Shown: in pieces, positions 38,282-50,897 of the stretch
Numbering within the stretch: position 1 is the stretch's first letter
How the letters are laid out: each line of letters opens with the position of its first letter
Assembly (NCBI GenBank): GCA_023920165.1
Contig: CP089277.1
Coordinates: 3,720,001 to 3,784,000, forward strand
DNA length: 64,000 nucleotides
Direction: 5' to 3'
DNA from: Curvularia clavata
Lineage: Eukaryota
Translations under genes and position numbers: made by a program
The notes under the pieces: generated by a model
The model's input: the letters and a program-made list of their open reading frames with translations, nothing else
Database searches by the model: none
Told to the model about the DNA's origin: nothing

Positions 38282-40770
38282 ATGCGCTATGACGACTGGG
38301 ATGTGATCCTCTTCCCCAGAGATTCTCATGTTCCAATTCAAGAGTTCAAAACTGCTTGCTTTGTCTCCCAAGCTGACTGTGCGTTACGCTACTTTCCGGT
38401 CTACCTTGAGTTGAACTACACTAACATACCATAGATGGTCGCCCACTACCTACGCTGACCTGCTTCATCAACTCCTTGCCACCCTCGACGCCATTTCGTA
38501 TCTCACTACATTCGTGGCGTACCGTCTTGAAAGCCTCGGCGCTCCTCGAATCGCAACGCAAAGGCAATCAAAAGATCGTGTTCATGGTTCAAGTCGTCAT
38601 CGGTGAAATCAAAGTGTTGTAAGACATGGGCACCTGCCTTTAGGCAAAAGTGATACCAACTGACGAATTCAGCCATGGATTCTTTGACCTTGCTTCAAAG
38701 TGGCCTCAAGAAATCAGTAAGTCGCTTTAAAGCAAGTGTGGATCTGGAGAGGAGCTGACTATTGCGCAGCGCACGAGAAGAGGTCACTCGCCTGCAACGA
38801 TCTTCCTTCGAGTCAGAGAAGACGACCTCTCGAGTTTCCTCCTTTCCATAGCATTACGTTGATAAACAATACTTGGGATGCTCGTGACCCATATGGGCGC
38901 ATACAAGTTGTCTTATCAGAACAGCTAATCAACAAGACACCCGGTCCTGGCAATTTGGGTCTTGGCCCTGCCAATGAACTGGTCTGCTTCTCATTTCAAC
39001 ACGCTCCAAAAGGCATGTTCCAGATAATAGGTCTATTCTGCATGATGCTAATGAAAGCCAGACATTCTCCAGCAGGCTGGAATCTCCTGGCCAATACATA
39101 ATCCTCTTTACCTTCCTGGTACCTTTACTCGAAACATACAGTGTCCCCAGGTAGCCCTAGCAGCTTCATGGACGCCTCATGCCCTCCCTTTTGCAGACAA
39201 AGCGCACATACAGACACCGCCGTCGCAGAATTCACAGTCCATGTTTGGTAAACCGCACGAAGCTAAGTTCAAGCAGCATCCCAATGCGCGCTTGTCACAC
39301 ATCCCGCCCTTTACCAAGCAGCCTGTCGGTTCCACAAGTCGTAATTGTCATGCGAGTGCATGGGATGATGCCTTCATCTCTCTTGACCATGGTGCCGATG
39401 ACTTCAGTAAGGACAATTGGTCGACAGAGACAAGGACATCTGCATCTTATGATTGCTCTACGCCCGGTTACATCAGCACATCACATTCCTCGGGTAATGT
39501 CCCTTCATGGATGGGTAACATGTCGCAGTGTGGCCGCAGCAAGAGCAACGAATGGAATGACCAGTCAAGAAGCGAAGGAAACCAAGTCGTGGTTACCCTT
39601 CGGGATGATCAGCTGGGACAGATTATCGACGCTCTAAGTCCACCAAAACATAACCATGAAACATCGCGGACACCCAGTACTGTGCACCATGAGCGTGGCC
39701 AAAAAGCTTCTCATAATTACTTTCCATCAAAACAAACGGCTGATCCGCCGATGAATAGCCCTTTTGCAGCATTTCTAGCTCGCAAGTCGTCACATTCGGA
39801 CTCCAACAGCGTTTTACGCAACATTTCAAACAAACTGTCCTCACAAAAGCATCACTCGCAAGACGGAAACAAAGATACAACGCCTACCATACGTCGATCG
39901 TACATTTCAGCCCAAAATGAAGATATCGATCCTTCACAGTTGCGACTGCAGACGCCGTCTCCTCATTACAATATCATACCGAAGCCGCATCCTTTCATTC
40001 AGAGACAACCAACAGCTGTTTCAGACTTTTTCATGCGAGATTGGCCCTCACCACACTCCAGTATACGCCGTTTAAACCAAAATGAGGCACTACAGTCAGT
40101 GACTGAGTTTAGCACACTCGGCTCATCCCATGGACCATTCAGCGCCAGCGCCAGAATTCGAGAAGAAAACCAAGCTTCCAACTCACCAAAAGTGCTGGAC
40201 CAAGCGACTCGACATACTCAGAACACTACCCAAGCAGCAAGCCCAGATCCTCGAGCAGGACAGACTTCTACTTCAAAATCACACAAGCCATTCACCCCAC
40301 ATAACCGAAACACCATCCCCGACCTCGTCGAAATTATCGACATCGACGCCATCTCCCCAGATCTAACCACAAACGCCAACGCCAACACTGCCATCGCCGG
40401 CGTCGGTGCCGCCGCACCCTCCCCCTTCAAACCCACTCACAAACCCGCTACCTCGCTCTCCAGCACCGACAGCACTGTGCGTCTCGAGCGCCAACTCTTC
40501 AGCGCTCTTGGCGAGGAACTCGGTAGCTTTGACCATCACATCGACACTGCAGGTCTTATGGGCCCAGAGCTAGCACAGGCGTTAGGAGGAGTAAACACAC
40601 ATTCTGAGATTAGCGGTTCGGTTGCACTCGATTCGACGGCGAGTGATGCCGAACCGGCTGGGAAGCGGAAGAGAGGGAGTACGCTTGGGGCCGGGAGTCC
40701 GTTGAGTAAGAGGGAGAAGGCGGAGTTGGTGGGGGAGCAGGAGGAGAGGGGTTTTGTGAGGGGGGAGTGA
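38282..40770 (+). CDS. Conserved Pezizomycotina hypothetical protein (MRYDDWDVILFP N-terminus) with 4 introns, including GC-AG 39013-39061
   Basis: MRYDDWDVILFP..VPIQEFKTACF, LPTLTCFINSL..STPFRISLHSW, LEFPPFH and FSFQHAPK|DILQQAGISWP, followed by a long low-complexity ORF to 40770. Confidence 0.7.
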
Positions 40771-41330
40771 TTGAGTTTGGGAGGTAATGAAGGTATAGTT
40801 TTGAGGAAGAATTTGTAAGGTTGGAAGGATTGGGATAATTCTTTTCAGAGATAGAGCGAGACAAGTATCATTGGTTTTTTGTGAGGGAGAAGAAGGAGAA
40901 GAGGGTTATTGGGGTAGAAGAGTAGAGTAGTTACTTGGTAGGTTAGCACAAGAATTAGTATCGCGAATGATGAAGTGCTATTTCATACGATTGTGTTTGT
41001 CAAAGCATTGTAACAGAAGACATATTTCTTCGTAGACCTGAAAAGTAGAACGAGAATTACACTATTATTAAGACTGTATTCGGATGTGAAAGCCGTGATG
41101 ACAAAGAAGAAAGAAATACGTGTGGTATCAGAATAGTAAGCAAGCCCTATAACGCCAATTCGTTCCCAAACTCAGAACTTGTTCTCCCACCTGTTTCCTT
41201 CTTTCTCCACCGCTACACTCCCAATTGGTATCATACGTACGCCGCTCTACGTACTCCATGCTCTTGACACGATATCCAAAAAACGCCGCGTCCAAGTTCA
41301 CGCCTCTCCCCACCTTCTTCTTAGGTCACC

Positions 41331-41789
41331 TTACTTATACTGCGGCACCCCCTGTGGCGGTGGTGGACCCTGCCCATGTCCTCCGTTCCCTCCCATCATC
41401 ACTGTCGGCGCATTCCCACCATGCCCGCCCATCTGCTGCTGCACATCCGGCCGATACTTGATATCCTGGTAGAAGTTGCAAATATGACATCCGACCTCTT
41501 TATACGGCTTTAGCGAGAAAGGTATCACGGGGATGAAACAAAAAGTAAACCATTCCCAGCGCTTCATGACGCGACCGCTGAAATTACCGCAGTTTTGGCA
41601 TTGTACGGTGATGCCTTCGGCGCCCGAGAGGAGGGAGGAGAAGGCTGCGAAGAGTTAGTGGGGTTCACGGAATGAGGTATTGGGACCAGGGGGAGGGGAG
41701 AGAGGAGACGTGGCGCGGTGGTGCTGGTAGTGGTGGTTGAGGAAAGGAAGAGACGTACTGTGTGTTCCGCACGTGAAGAAGAAGAACAT
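41331..41789 (-). CDS. Small zinc-ribbon protein (zinc_ribbon_15-like); intron 41645-41758
   Basis: MFFFFTCGTH|TFSS...VQCQNCGN...KRWEWFTFCFIPVIP...CHICNF has two CxxC pairs and a G/P/Q tail. Confidence 0.8.
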
Positions 41790-42762
41790 GATTGTGGGTT
41801 TAGGGATGCGTTACGGGAACGCTGGGTTCTAGCAGTGCGGAAATTTGGATTTCGCTGGTCTGCAATGTAGCCAGGTAACGTCTCGTAGAGTTGGCGTAAT
41901 GTGATGCGCTTCGCGCTTCAGGCCAATGTTGAGGAGCGCGTTGTCTTTCTCGATGATGATCTCGCTACGCCGCGATGGATAAAACGTTGGTGTCGCAATG
42001 GCTGATGAAATCAGAGTAAAGTATACAGAGAGGATTTGGAGGTAGGAAGCGTTTCGGGTGTCGGGTGACAATGTATTCTCTGGCATATGGAGTGAGGTGG
42101 TGTTGGCGCCGAGCGGGCCTGCGTCATCAAATTGCACTCAGCCACACTTGGCGGAAATATACCTTATGGGGACTAGCGGCCGAGGTCGCCGCGCCACGGT
42201 GAATCTGGAGGTGCGTGTGATCAGCTGCTGTTGAGGTTGACTCCACCCGACCACACAGTTCGTTGAATGCAAGGCTCTAGAGCTCGTTGGCAGTTTTTTT
42301 CTTTTGATTTCCTTAATCTATCTGAGTTTATTATTACTACACTGTTAGTATTGTTCTGCCTTGCAATGAATATTGATCACGTGAAACATCACATTGCACG
42401 TCAAGTAATACCAAAGCACTATCGGTTCATTACGATATCGCTAAACTTGCCTCCAAAGCCACCTCAAGGAAAGAAGGAGACTCGTCACAGTCGTAAAATG
42501 GATGCAGGACCTCATCGTGTCTAGGGAATAGGACGCCATGTAATCGCAGAAAGCCCCCGAAGCCTGTTGAAAGACAACAGTCACACATTGAGATAAAGAT
42601 GCTATTTCTCACAAGTACGACCAGGATTGATCGAGCACCACTCCGAGTCCTAGCTTGAAACGAGACAATCGTCTTGACTTCGGAACCATGAGGTATTCTT
42701 GCACGATGAGGCACCCCGTGCATCGTGGATGGCTGAATGTGCCCTGGTCCAAAACCAAGCGT

Positions 42763-43388
42763 CTACTGCGTCTTGAAGAGCAGGATAGCGCAGTGGCCGA
42801 GGTAGAAGTAGATGAAGTGCTTCGTCTCTGATACCAGGTTAGACGATACCAGCTATGCCAAGTCAAAGAGAAGAAAATACCATGCGTAACAAAGCTTCCA
42901 AAGTTGCGGCCTACGATGCAGTGCCATGTGGCACCCTTCCTGTTGTCGAACTATGCAAGCGTTAGCGAGCGCTCACGACAGCGATCAAAGGTTGTGTTGC
43001 TGACCTCCTTCTTGATGTACTGCGCAATGTCCTATAAATGAGATGTTAATTCAAGGCCCTAGCATCATCCAAGTTGAGTGGGCAGGAGGACCCACCTTCT
43101 CAATGGTGAACTGCTCCATTGCCGACTGTGCTACAAGATGTCAGCTGCCCCGTCGGCCTCATGCAGAGTGGAGATAACTCACCGACTTCGATGGCCTCTT
43201 GCTGCATCTCTTCGCTCTGCCACACACGTTAGTACAGCCCCAGAGAAGAAATCCGGATCTTCCGTACCATGTCAGCCGACTTAATCTGGGCTATCAATGA
43301 TATTAGCCCATGGTTTGGCAAAAGCAACCAGCATAAACAAAGGGGCCTTACCATCCTGCTTCTGGGCATCTGACTTTTCGCTCGCCAT
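42763..43388 (-). CDS. nudG: Dynein light chain LC8 (nudG/DYN2 ortholog), 7 exons and 6 introns
   Basis: Manual splicing gives [96 protein letters not shown]; all introns are GT..AG. Confidence 0.95.
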
Positions 43389-43692
43389 GGTGCTGGTTTC
43401 AACGGATTACACAGGTAGTGATTAGGGTACTGATTTTCAGACAGAGGTGTAGTCTTATAATGGAGGCGAGTGAGGCTATGTTCTGGTTGCGAGGCGTGTG
43501 TCAGTGTTTGAGTAGGCGCCTGCGCAGCCATAAGCCGATGGCCCGAGCTCCCACATTCGCGCTAGTACGCTAGCGCAGAATGGAGTATTAAGACTTTTTT
43601 TTCTGAACGCGAACTCTTACCAAACATTCGTCGCATTTGCTTCCAACGTACCAAGCTTTGAGCAGGCCATAGCTCATACAAACTTCAGTAGG

Positions 43693-46431
43693 ATGGAGTC
43701 TTCGCGAATCTTCATCCGTGGTCTGCCTCCAAAGTTCAGCGAAGATGACGTGCGCAAGCACTTTGCCAAGTTCCCTATCACAGACGTCAAGTTCTTTCCC
43801 CATCGACGGATAGGCTACGTGGGCTACAAGACGCCTGAAGACGCTGCGAAGGCAGTCAAATACTTCAACAAGACGTTCATCAAACTTACCAAGATCTATG
43901 TAGAGATTGCGCGCCCAGTATGTGCATTCTCAGAGTGACAGCGACAAGCGGGGCTAACTTGTGCAGATTGCCGACAAGGAGTTACCAAAGTCGCGACGAC
44001 AGCAGAAGCTCGAGAAGAGTGCTCCTGTGAGCGATGAGTACATACCACCACCCCGGCAAGAAAACGAGCTCAAACGGAAACGAGACGAAGCCGAACAGGA
44101 CCCGAAACTGAAGGAGTTCCTAGAGGTTTACCAGCCGCCTTCTAAGACGAAGATCTGGGCCAATGGCGAGAGTCATATTGGCGATGCCAATGTGGCGGCT
44201 GCGGACCAGGCTGTGCCAGAGGTTGCTGTGCCAGAGGAAGAGAGTGACGATGAATACCAAGTCATCTCGAAGAAGCCCAAGGTTGCGACGGAACCTACAG
44301 CCACGCCTGCGCATGTGCAATCGCTTCCTGTCGAAGAGCCAACAGCCGAACCTCAAGCTGAAGAGACACATACTGGTGAAGCAATGGAAGACGTGCAGGA
44401 AGCGCTTGTTCCTGAGCAAGGGCCTGTTTCCGATATGGATTGGCTTCGATCAAGGACGAACAGAGTTCTGGAGCTAGTCGAGGATGACGAAATACCTGCA
44501 CCCAGCGCACCAGCCGTCCAAACGTCAGTCTCAGCGCCTGCTGCAACAACAGACGATTCAGCCGAGGTAGCAGAAGTACAGCAAGAACCTCCATCGACAG
44601 CACATGAATCGAAAGATGCTGCGCAGGATGAAGAGGATAAGATCCGTGAGACTGGTCGTCTCTACCTCCGCAATTTACATTACGAAGTGACAGAGGACGA
44701 TGTCCGGGAACGGTTTTCCAAGTTCGGAGCTCTTGAAGAAGTAAGCAAGCACATCTCTTTCGCACTCCACCCCCATGCAATGATGATTTCTGAGATAGGG
44801 ACAACTGATGCTTCGGCATTTGAAGTGACCTCTCGAAAGCATTTTAGTAGATGTACTTTCTTTCTGATAGCAGGGAAAACTCATTTTCAAGATTTGACAT
44901 CATGTCGGCGACACGTGGCTGACTATAATAGGTGCATGTACCGCTGAAGAAGGCCGACGGCAAAGGCAAAGGCTTTGCTTTTGTGCAATTCCAGAAGCCA
45001 GACGATGCAGTCGAGGCATATCTTGACAACGACAACACCATCTTCCAGGGTCGTCTTCTGCACATCATCTCTGCGAAAGCAAAGAAAGACACCAAGCTCG
45101 ATGAATACGAGATTTCTAAGCTGCCTTTGAAGAAGCAGAAGGAGATCAGGAGAAAGCAGAGTGCTGCCAAGGCAGTTTTCAACTGGAACTCACTTTATAT
45201 GAACGCTGATGCGGTCATGTCCACTGTCGCGGATCGTATGGGTATTAGCAAAGCCGAGTTGCTTGATCCTACGTCGTCGGACGCAGCGGTTAAACAGGCA
45301 CATGCTGAGACCCACATCATTCAAGAGACGAAGGCATACTTTGCGCAGCACGGCGTTGATCTGGAGGCATTTCAAAGGAGTGCAAAGGGTGATCTTGCTA
45401 TTCTAGTCAAGAACATTCCCCATGGTGTGACGCCCGATGAGCTTCGTAAATTATTCGAGGAGCATGGCACAGTCAACAAGTTCTTGATGCCGCCGACAGG
45501 TATGACAGCAATCGTTGAGTTCACCAACGTAGCGCAAGCAAAGTCGGCATTCATGTCCCTTTCGTACCGGAAGATGAAGGATTCTATCCTTTATCTCGAG
45601 AAGGCTCCCAAGGACTTATTCAAAGAAGGTGTCGCAACCAACTTTATACAAACCACACTATCAGCTTCGACGCCAGCTACAACACAGCCTGGTGCGAAGC
45701 TCAGCGCTACGGATCTGCTCGAGGATGCACCAGAGCCTGAAGCAACAAACACTGCTACGCTGTACGTCCGGAACCTCAACTTCTCTACAACAACAGAGCG
45801 CCTCACTGAAGCATTCAAACCTCTGTCTGGCTTCCGTAGCGCCAAGGTCAAGACAAAGGTCGATCCTAAGCGAGGTGTGCTGTCGATGGGCTTCGGCTTC
45901 GTCGAGTTCAGTAGTCCTGAGACTGCGACGGCAGCTTTGCGGGCCATGGACGGCCACGATCTAGAAGGACACAAGTTGCAGATCAAGGCCTCTCACCGGG
46001 GCGCTGATGCTGCTGAAGAGCGTCGTAACGAAGATGCTGCTAAGAAAGCAGCAAGCACTAAGATCATCATCAAGAACTTGCCTTTCGAAGCAAGCAAGAA
46101 GGAAGTTCGCGCTTTGTTTGCTCCTTACGGCCAGCTTCGGTCTGTGAGAGTACCCAAGAAGTTCGACGCATCATCGCGTGGTTTCGGTTTTGCAGAGTTT
46201 ACTACGAAACGCGATGCTGTCAATGCCATGAACGCATTGAAAAACACGCATTTGTTGGGTCGTCGTTTGGTTCTCGCGTTCGCTGAGACCGAATCTGATG
46301 ATCCTGAGAAGGAACTTGAGAAGATGCAGCAAAAGGTTGGGGCACAGGCCAACAAGGTCGCTCTCCAACGCCTTACGGAAGGCGGTCGCAAGAAGTTTAA
46401 CGTTGCAGGCACCGATGATCTAGACGATTGA
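43693..46431 (+). CDS. MRD1: Multiple-RRM pre-rRNA processing protein Mrd1 (RBM19); introns 43918-43966, 44741-44931
   Basis: SSRIFIRGLP, DMDWLRSRT, IRETGRLYLRNL, FQGRLLHI, FNWNSLYMNADAV, AAVKQAHAET, LYLEKAP, SMGFGFVEF, KIIIKNLPFEA and THLLGRRLVL. Confidence 0.95.
44772..44875 (+). ncRNA. Intronic box C/D snoRNA, snR64/SNORD74-like (predicted guide for LSU rRNA Cm2337, yeast numbering)
   Basis: Box C ATGATGA at 44780-44786, box D' CTGA at 44805-44808, box D CTGA at 44864-44867. Guide AGATAGGGACA (44793-44803) is complementary to the conserved LSU rRNA UGUCCCUAUCU. Short terminal stem ccc-tgc/gca-ggg. Confidence 0.85.
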
Positions 46432-47852
46432 GCATGAGCATGTCCGGTAGGAATACTCGCACAACACGATTGAGCCTGTAATAGGCTATCTCTTGCTTTC
46501 CAATTGCGGAACTTGGCCCGCGTTTGACAGCGTAAACTGAAAGCAGTAGTGTGCTATTGCCACACTGCACCCAACCGCTTTATCTAGATTGCCGCTTTCT
46601 AAGCCTCCACAGGGTATATGCTGAGCGGGATGAAGCAACACGTCCATTGCACCGCGTTTCAGGCTATTTCCAGACTCGGAACGTCTGCCACTCGTACACA
46701 TCTGACGTAGTTTGATGCTCATGAAGACTGACATCCATGCCATTGCACTGGACCATTCTAACGACTCTTCTCGCTGACATCCGGTTGCGAAGGCAACAAT
46801 CGGTTCAATGCGATATTTCTGCTAACTGCGCATGACACAAGTCTAGCATTTGAGACAGCTTCATGATGGGTGTGCCTTGAGTTGGGCCCTCAGTGCGACT
46901 CGAAGCGGATTGCCTTGACTCTACGGTAAAGGTCTTTTACTTCTTTAACTGACGATGTTACTGTTCTGAGCTTAGCGGGTTTCGTATTGTACCTCGCAAT
47001 CAGTACTATCGCCTTCAAGGCTGTGACATAGCCTTTCACAATGAGGCAGGTCTTCTGTACCACGCATCTTAATACTGTAGCCTTTTGCATGGCCCTGCCT
47101 TGCCGTAAATTCAAATATATTTTGATCATCCTGAGTATTTCCATTCATCATCTTCACAGTCCGTGTATGACTGTGGACATGATCCAATTCATATCTCAAC
47201 CTAGACTCAGCACAGATTTTAAGCGTGATCCGCTGAAAAACTATATCCATACAACTGTACCGACTATCCACTCCAACCGCTCATACCCACAACACAGGGG
47301 TGGCAGTGTTCAGTATGGAGAGGTCAGAGGAGCAGATCGGAACCGAACTTGTGGGGCTATAGTACACTGCAGCGAGCAGAGATATCAAGGATATCGCGAG
47401 AAACAGCCCATTCTTGCACTGGCCAGAGTAACGGAGAGAGACGCAGCAGATAAGAAAGAGAGAGAAATACAAGAGGCGGAAAGCCCATCACAGAACCCTA
47501 AGGACAGCACTGTCTGGCCTGATTTTTTGGAGTATGTGACTTACAGTGTCCAAAAAACGCTTGCAAAGTGTGAAGGCATGCAGCGATCGAGAACATCTAC
47601 TCCCGATTAATCCACAGAGATGTACAGGGCCCCACACGCACTGCGCCTTATGGATGTTCTTGGAAGTTGAGGGTGAGCAAAGCGAGAGTAAAAAGGCTGT
47701 TGTTAACCTCGATCGCATCTGGCGATATGAGCCCTGGCGGGCTGTTCGATTAGGAGGATAAGTTCCAGTCATCATAACAGTCGAATCAGGCTTCTTCTAG
47801 TTTGCTAAACAATTTCTAAAATTGAAGGCTGCTTCTCTATGAATGCTTGTAG

Positions 47853-50800
47853 TTATGCCTTTGAGATACGATTGGTATGTAAACGTAACACCTCAACTAT
47901 GTCGCTATGTCCATATTGCACCGCCAGCATCAGTGGCGTCAATCCGCTGCTGTTTTTTGCCTCAACGTTAGCCTTTCCAAGGCGAAGTAGCACCTCAACT
48001 ATTTCTCTATATCCGCGTTCTGCTGCCAATGTCAGCGGTGTTGATCCGCTAATTTTTGCCTCAACGTTAGCCTTGCCAACGCTAAGCAGCACCTCGACTA
48101 TTTCTCTATGCCCAGCTCCTATCGCCAGCATCAGCGCCGTTGATCCGGTACTACTTTTTACCTCAACGTTAGCCTTGCCCACGCGAAGTAGGACCTCAAC
48201 TATATCTCTATGTCCAGCTCCTGCCGCCAGCATCAGCACCGTCGATCCACGGCTGTCTTTCGCGTCAACGTCAGCCTTGCCAACGCTAAGCAGCAACTCA
48301 ACTATATCACTATGTCCATATCCTACCGCCATCGTCAGCGCCGTCGATCCGACGCTGGTTTTCGCATTAACGTCAGCCTTGCCAATGCTAAGCAGCACCT
48401 CAACTGTGTCTATATGTCCAGCTCCTGCCGCCTGCATCAGCGGTGTCCGTCCGTCGCTATTTTGCGCCTCAACGTCAACCTTTCCAGCCTGTAGTAACAG
48501 CTCAAGGACATTTCTGTTCCCATTCTCGGCAGCCCATTGGAAACGCGTCCAGTAGTCCTTGTCCACCTTTCTGAGCTCAGACGCACGACTATATATCAAC
48601 TTAGAACAAAGTCTGAAAATGGCGGCGTCCTGTCCAGATACATAAAATACATGGTCCTGCCAATAGGTCTTCGCGTAAGTGTAGAACATGAATGCGTGCT
48701 CTGGCTTGGAATTGCGGGAGCTCTGCGCTTTCGCAAGAGCTCTGCTGATGTCAAATTCATGTTGCCGTCTTGATCCGAGAAACTTCAAAGCCAGATCACG
48801 AGCAGTGCTCGACGAGCCAATAGCAGCTTCCACAATTTTAGAGGGTGCAGATTGTACTGCTATCGCATGGGCCTTAACTCTCGATAGTTCAGTCCCGAGG
48901 ACACTATAGCTGAGGTACGTGACAACAGTGTCTGCTAATGTCCTTTGCGCCTCTTTGAACGAGAATTTGGCATGATTTACACCATCAGGTGTATCAAGAA
49001 TGTACTGCTTGACGCTGTGATGTATAACTCGGACGGTAAGCTCCTCCTCGTCAACAGCAAGTAGGCATCCACAGCAAGCTAGTGCTGAGTAAATATTATT
49101 CAAGATTTTGGAAGAATCCCAATTTTTATCTCCAGGAGTAACGCTGAGGGCGTCCCGCAACTCGTTCGTTGTTAAAGGCCGGTAAGCCGCAAGTACAAAC
49201 TGCAGCGTCTTCTTTTGGAGTGCTGGATCCGAGCTTCCTGACTTCCGTAGAATCCTGGCAAACGTCTCCGAGAGGTCTTTGGGTAGGTCTGCCAGCGCTT
49301 CTCGGATAGCATAATCAGTTTTCATACTACACAAAGTCTGTATTTGAAGAGCTACCCAAAGAAACATTCCTTGCGAGCCTTTCGATAGAGCCTCTTGGAT
49401 TTCTAAGATTAGAGTTGGATCTCCGATTGTTAGACGTCCTTGGCGAAGACAACGCTCAAGGTCCGCTTCGATAAAAGTGTCAATGTCCGGGTTGTCGGCT
49501 GGTATGGAGACAGCACGAGTAGCCAAGAATTTATCAGTAATCGACTGCAGGCCATTATTTGGCTCTTCTCGAAAGGAAGCACAGATCAGCATCTTTAGCT
49601 TTACCTGGATCTTCCAGATTGCCTGCACCAACGTCTCTTTCTCCTCATCATCGCATTCATCTAGGCCATCAAGCACGAAATATACTTTTGCATCGGCGGG
49701 AAAGCCTTGAAAAATCATTTCGACCACTGCCTCGGTGTCACTTGCGGTGTGAGTGTTTTTGCAACTCTTGGCAAGTATGCCAAGATCTGGAACATTGAGT
49801 AGAAGCTGTCGTGCCAGTGAACCGATGATCGTCCGTGCCTGCAGACTTTCTGGAATGTCATGTTTGCAAAAGAAGTATGCCACCAAGGGTGAGTCTTTCT
49901 CAGCGGGGAGGCTAAGGTCGCTCACGATATTGGCTAGCAACACCGACTTTCCTGAGCCCAATTTGCCTATGTACAACAGTGTGCCAGAATGCGAGCTATC
50001 TCTCCACTCTCGGTAATCTGCTTGTTGCTTGTAGAAGGATGTGTTACCGGCCTTTCTGATTTGCTTCCACGCTACTTCGTGATTGTACGTGGAGCAAAAG
50101 TTGAGCACTCGCGCGTTGACTGCAAGTCTTTGCTGATATGAGGTAGACTTGAACACTTCCCTCGTCAAAGCCCTGAAACCAGAGCTCTCTTGAGCTTCAC
50201 TTACGTCCATCTGCTCCTTAATAGAAGTTCCCCACTTGCTAAGCTCCGTCTGAAAGGTCTTCAAGTGCGCATCGCTTAGCGAGGACGTAAATTGCTGGAC
50301 AGTCGATTTCTGTCCGAACTTGAACAGGTGATGACACAGGTTAACGACCACGATAAAGTACTCAGAGAGGTCTGATTGCAGCCTCGAAGACCGAGGGTAT
50401 AGCATGGCAATTGTCTCGTACCGCGGGGCAGAGCGGCCGACGTCCATGAATAGCGAGGACAGCTTATCAATGTAGGTCGAAAGGTTCACAATCGACTACG
50501 GCGTATCAGCAACTAACTAGCTACGACTGTGATGCAAGAAAAGGACACGAACCAATAATGACATGCGCACTAATGACCATACGCCACATGCTAACAAGTT
50601 CTGCGATCCTCCGACCAAAATATCTCCAAGAGTCGCGAACTGCTGAACCCCGTGAAGGAAGTTGGTAAAGCGCGGCCCAAAACACGCACTACTAAACTTT
50701 TTTGATGTACGATGATCAACCTCGGCAGTCAGCCGCATGACATCTTGCAGGCTAGGTGTTGTTGAGAGCGACTGGGACCTCAGCGTTCGGAATGTCGCCT

Positions 50801-50897
50801 TTTGCTCATTTGAGAGGTCGGCTTCAAACTCTGAAACAGCTTGAGCGAGGCGTATCTCGGGCTTCAAGGGCGAGGCTTTCGCCAGAGCGCTGGACAT
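47853..50897 (-). CDS. Fungal NLR-like protein: helical N-terminal domain + NACHT + 7 ankyrin repeats; intron 50496-50552
   Basis: Walker A GKLGSGKS, AYFFCK, Walker B VYFVLDGLDEC, SQGMFLWVALQI, LPKDLSETFARIL, RPLTTNEL and IHHSVKQY; ankyrin units TPLMxAxxxGHxDIVEVLL. Confidence 0.9.
47880..48545 (-). repeat. Ankyrin-coding tandem repeat, 102-nt period (one 99-nt unit)
   Basis: Recurrent plus-strand blocks cctcaacgttagccttgccaacgctaagcagcacctc and gccagcatcagcgccgt. Confidence 0.85.

Noticed and set aside
47041..47761. 189-aa and 71-aa ORFs downstream of the NLR
   Set aside because: No recognisable family and no coherent splice model; treated only as possible remnants.
47880..48545. CRISPR-like periodic repeats
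   Set aside because: Eukaryotic coding ankyrin repeats with a 3n period; no spacers or cas genes.
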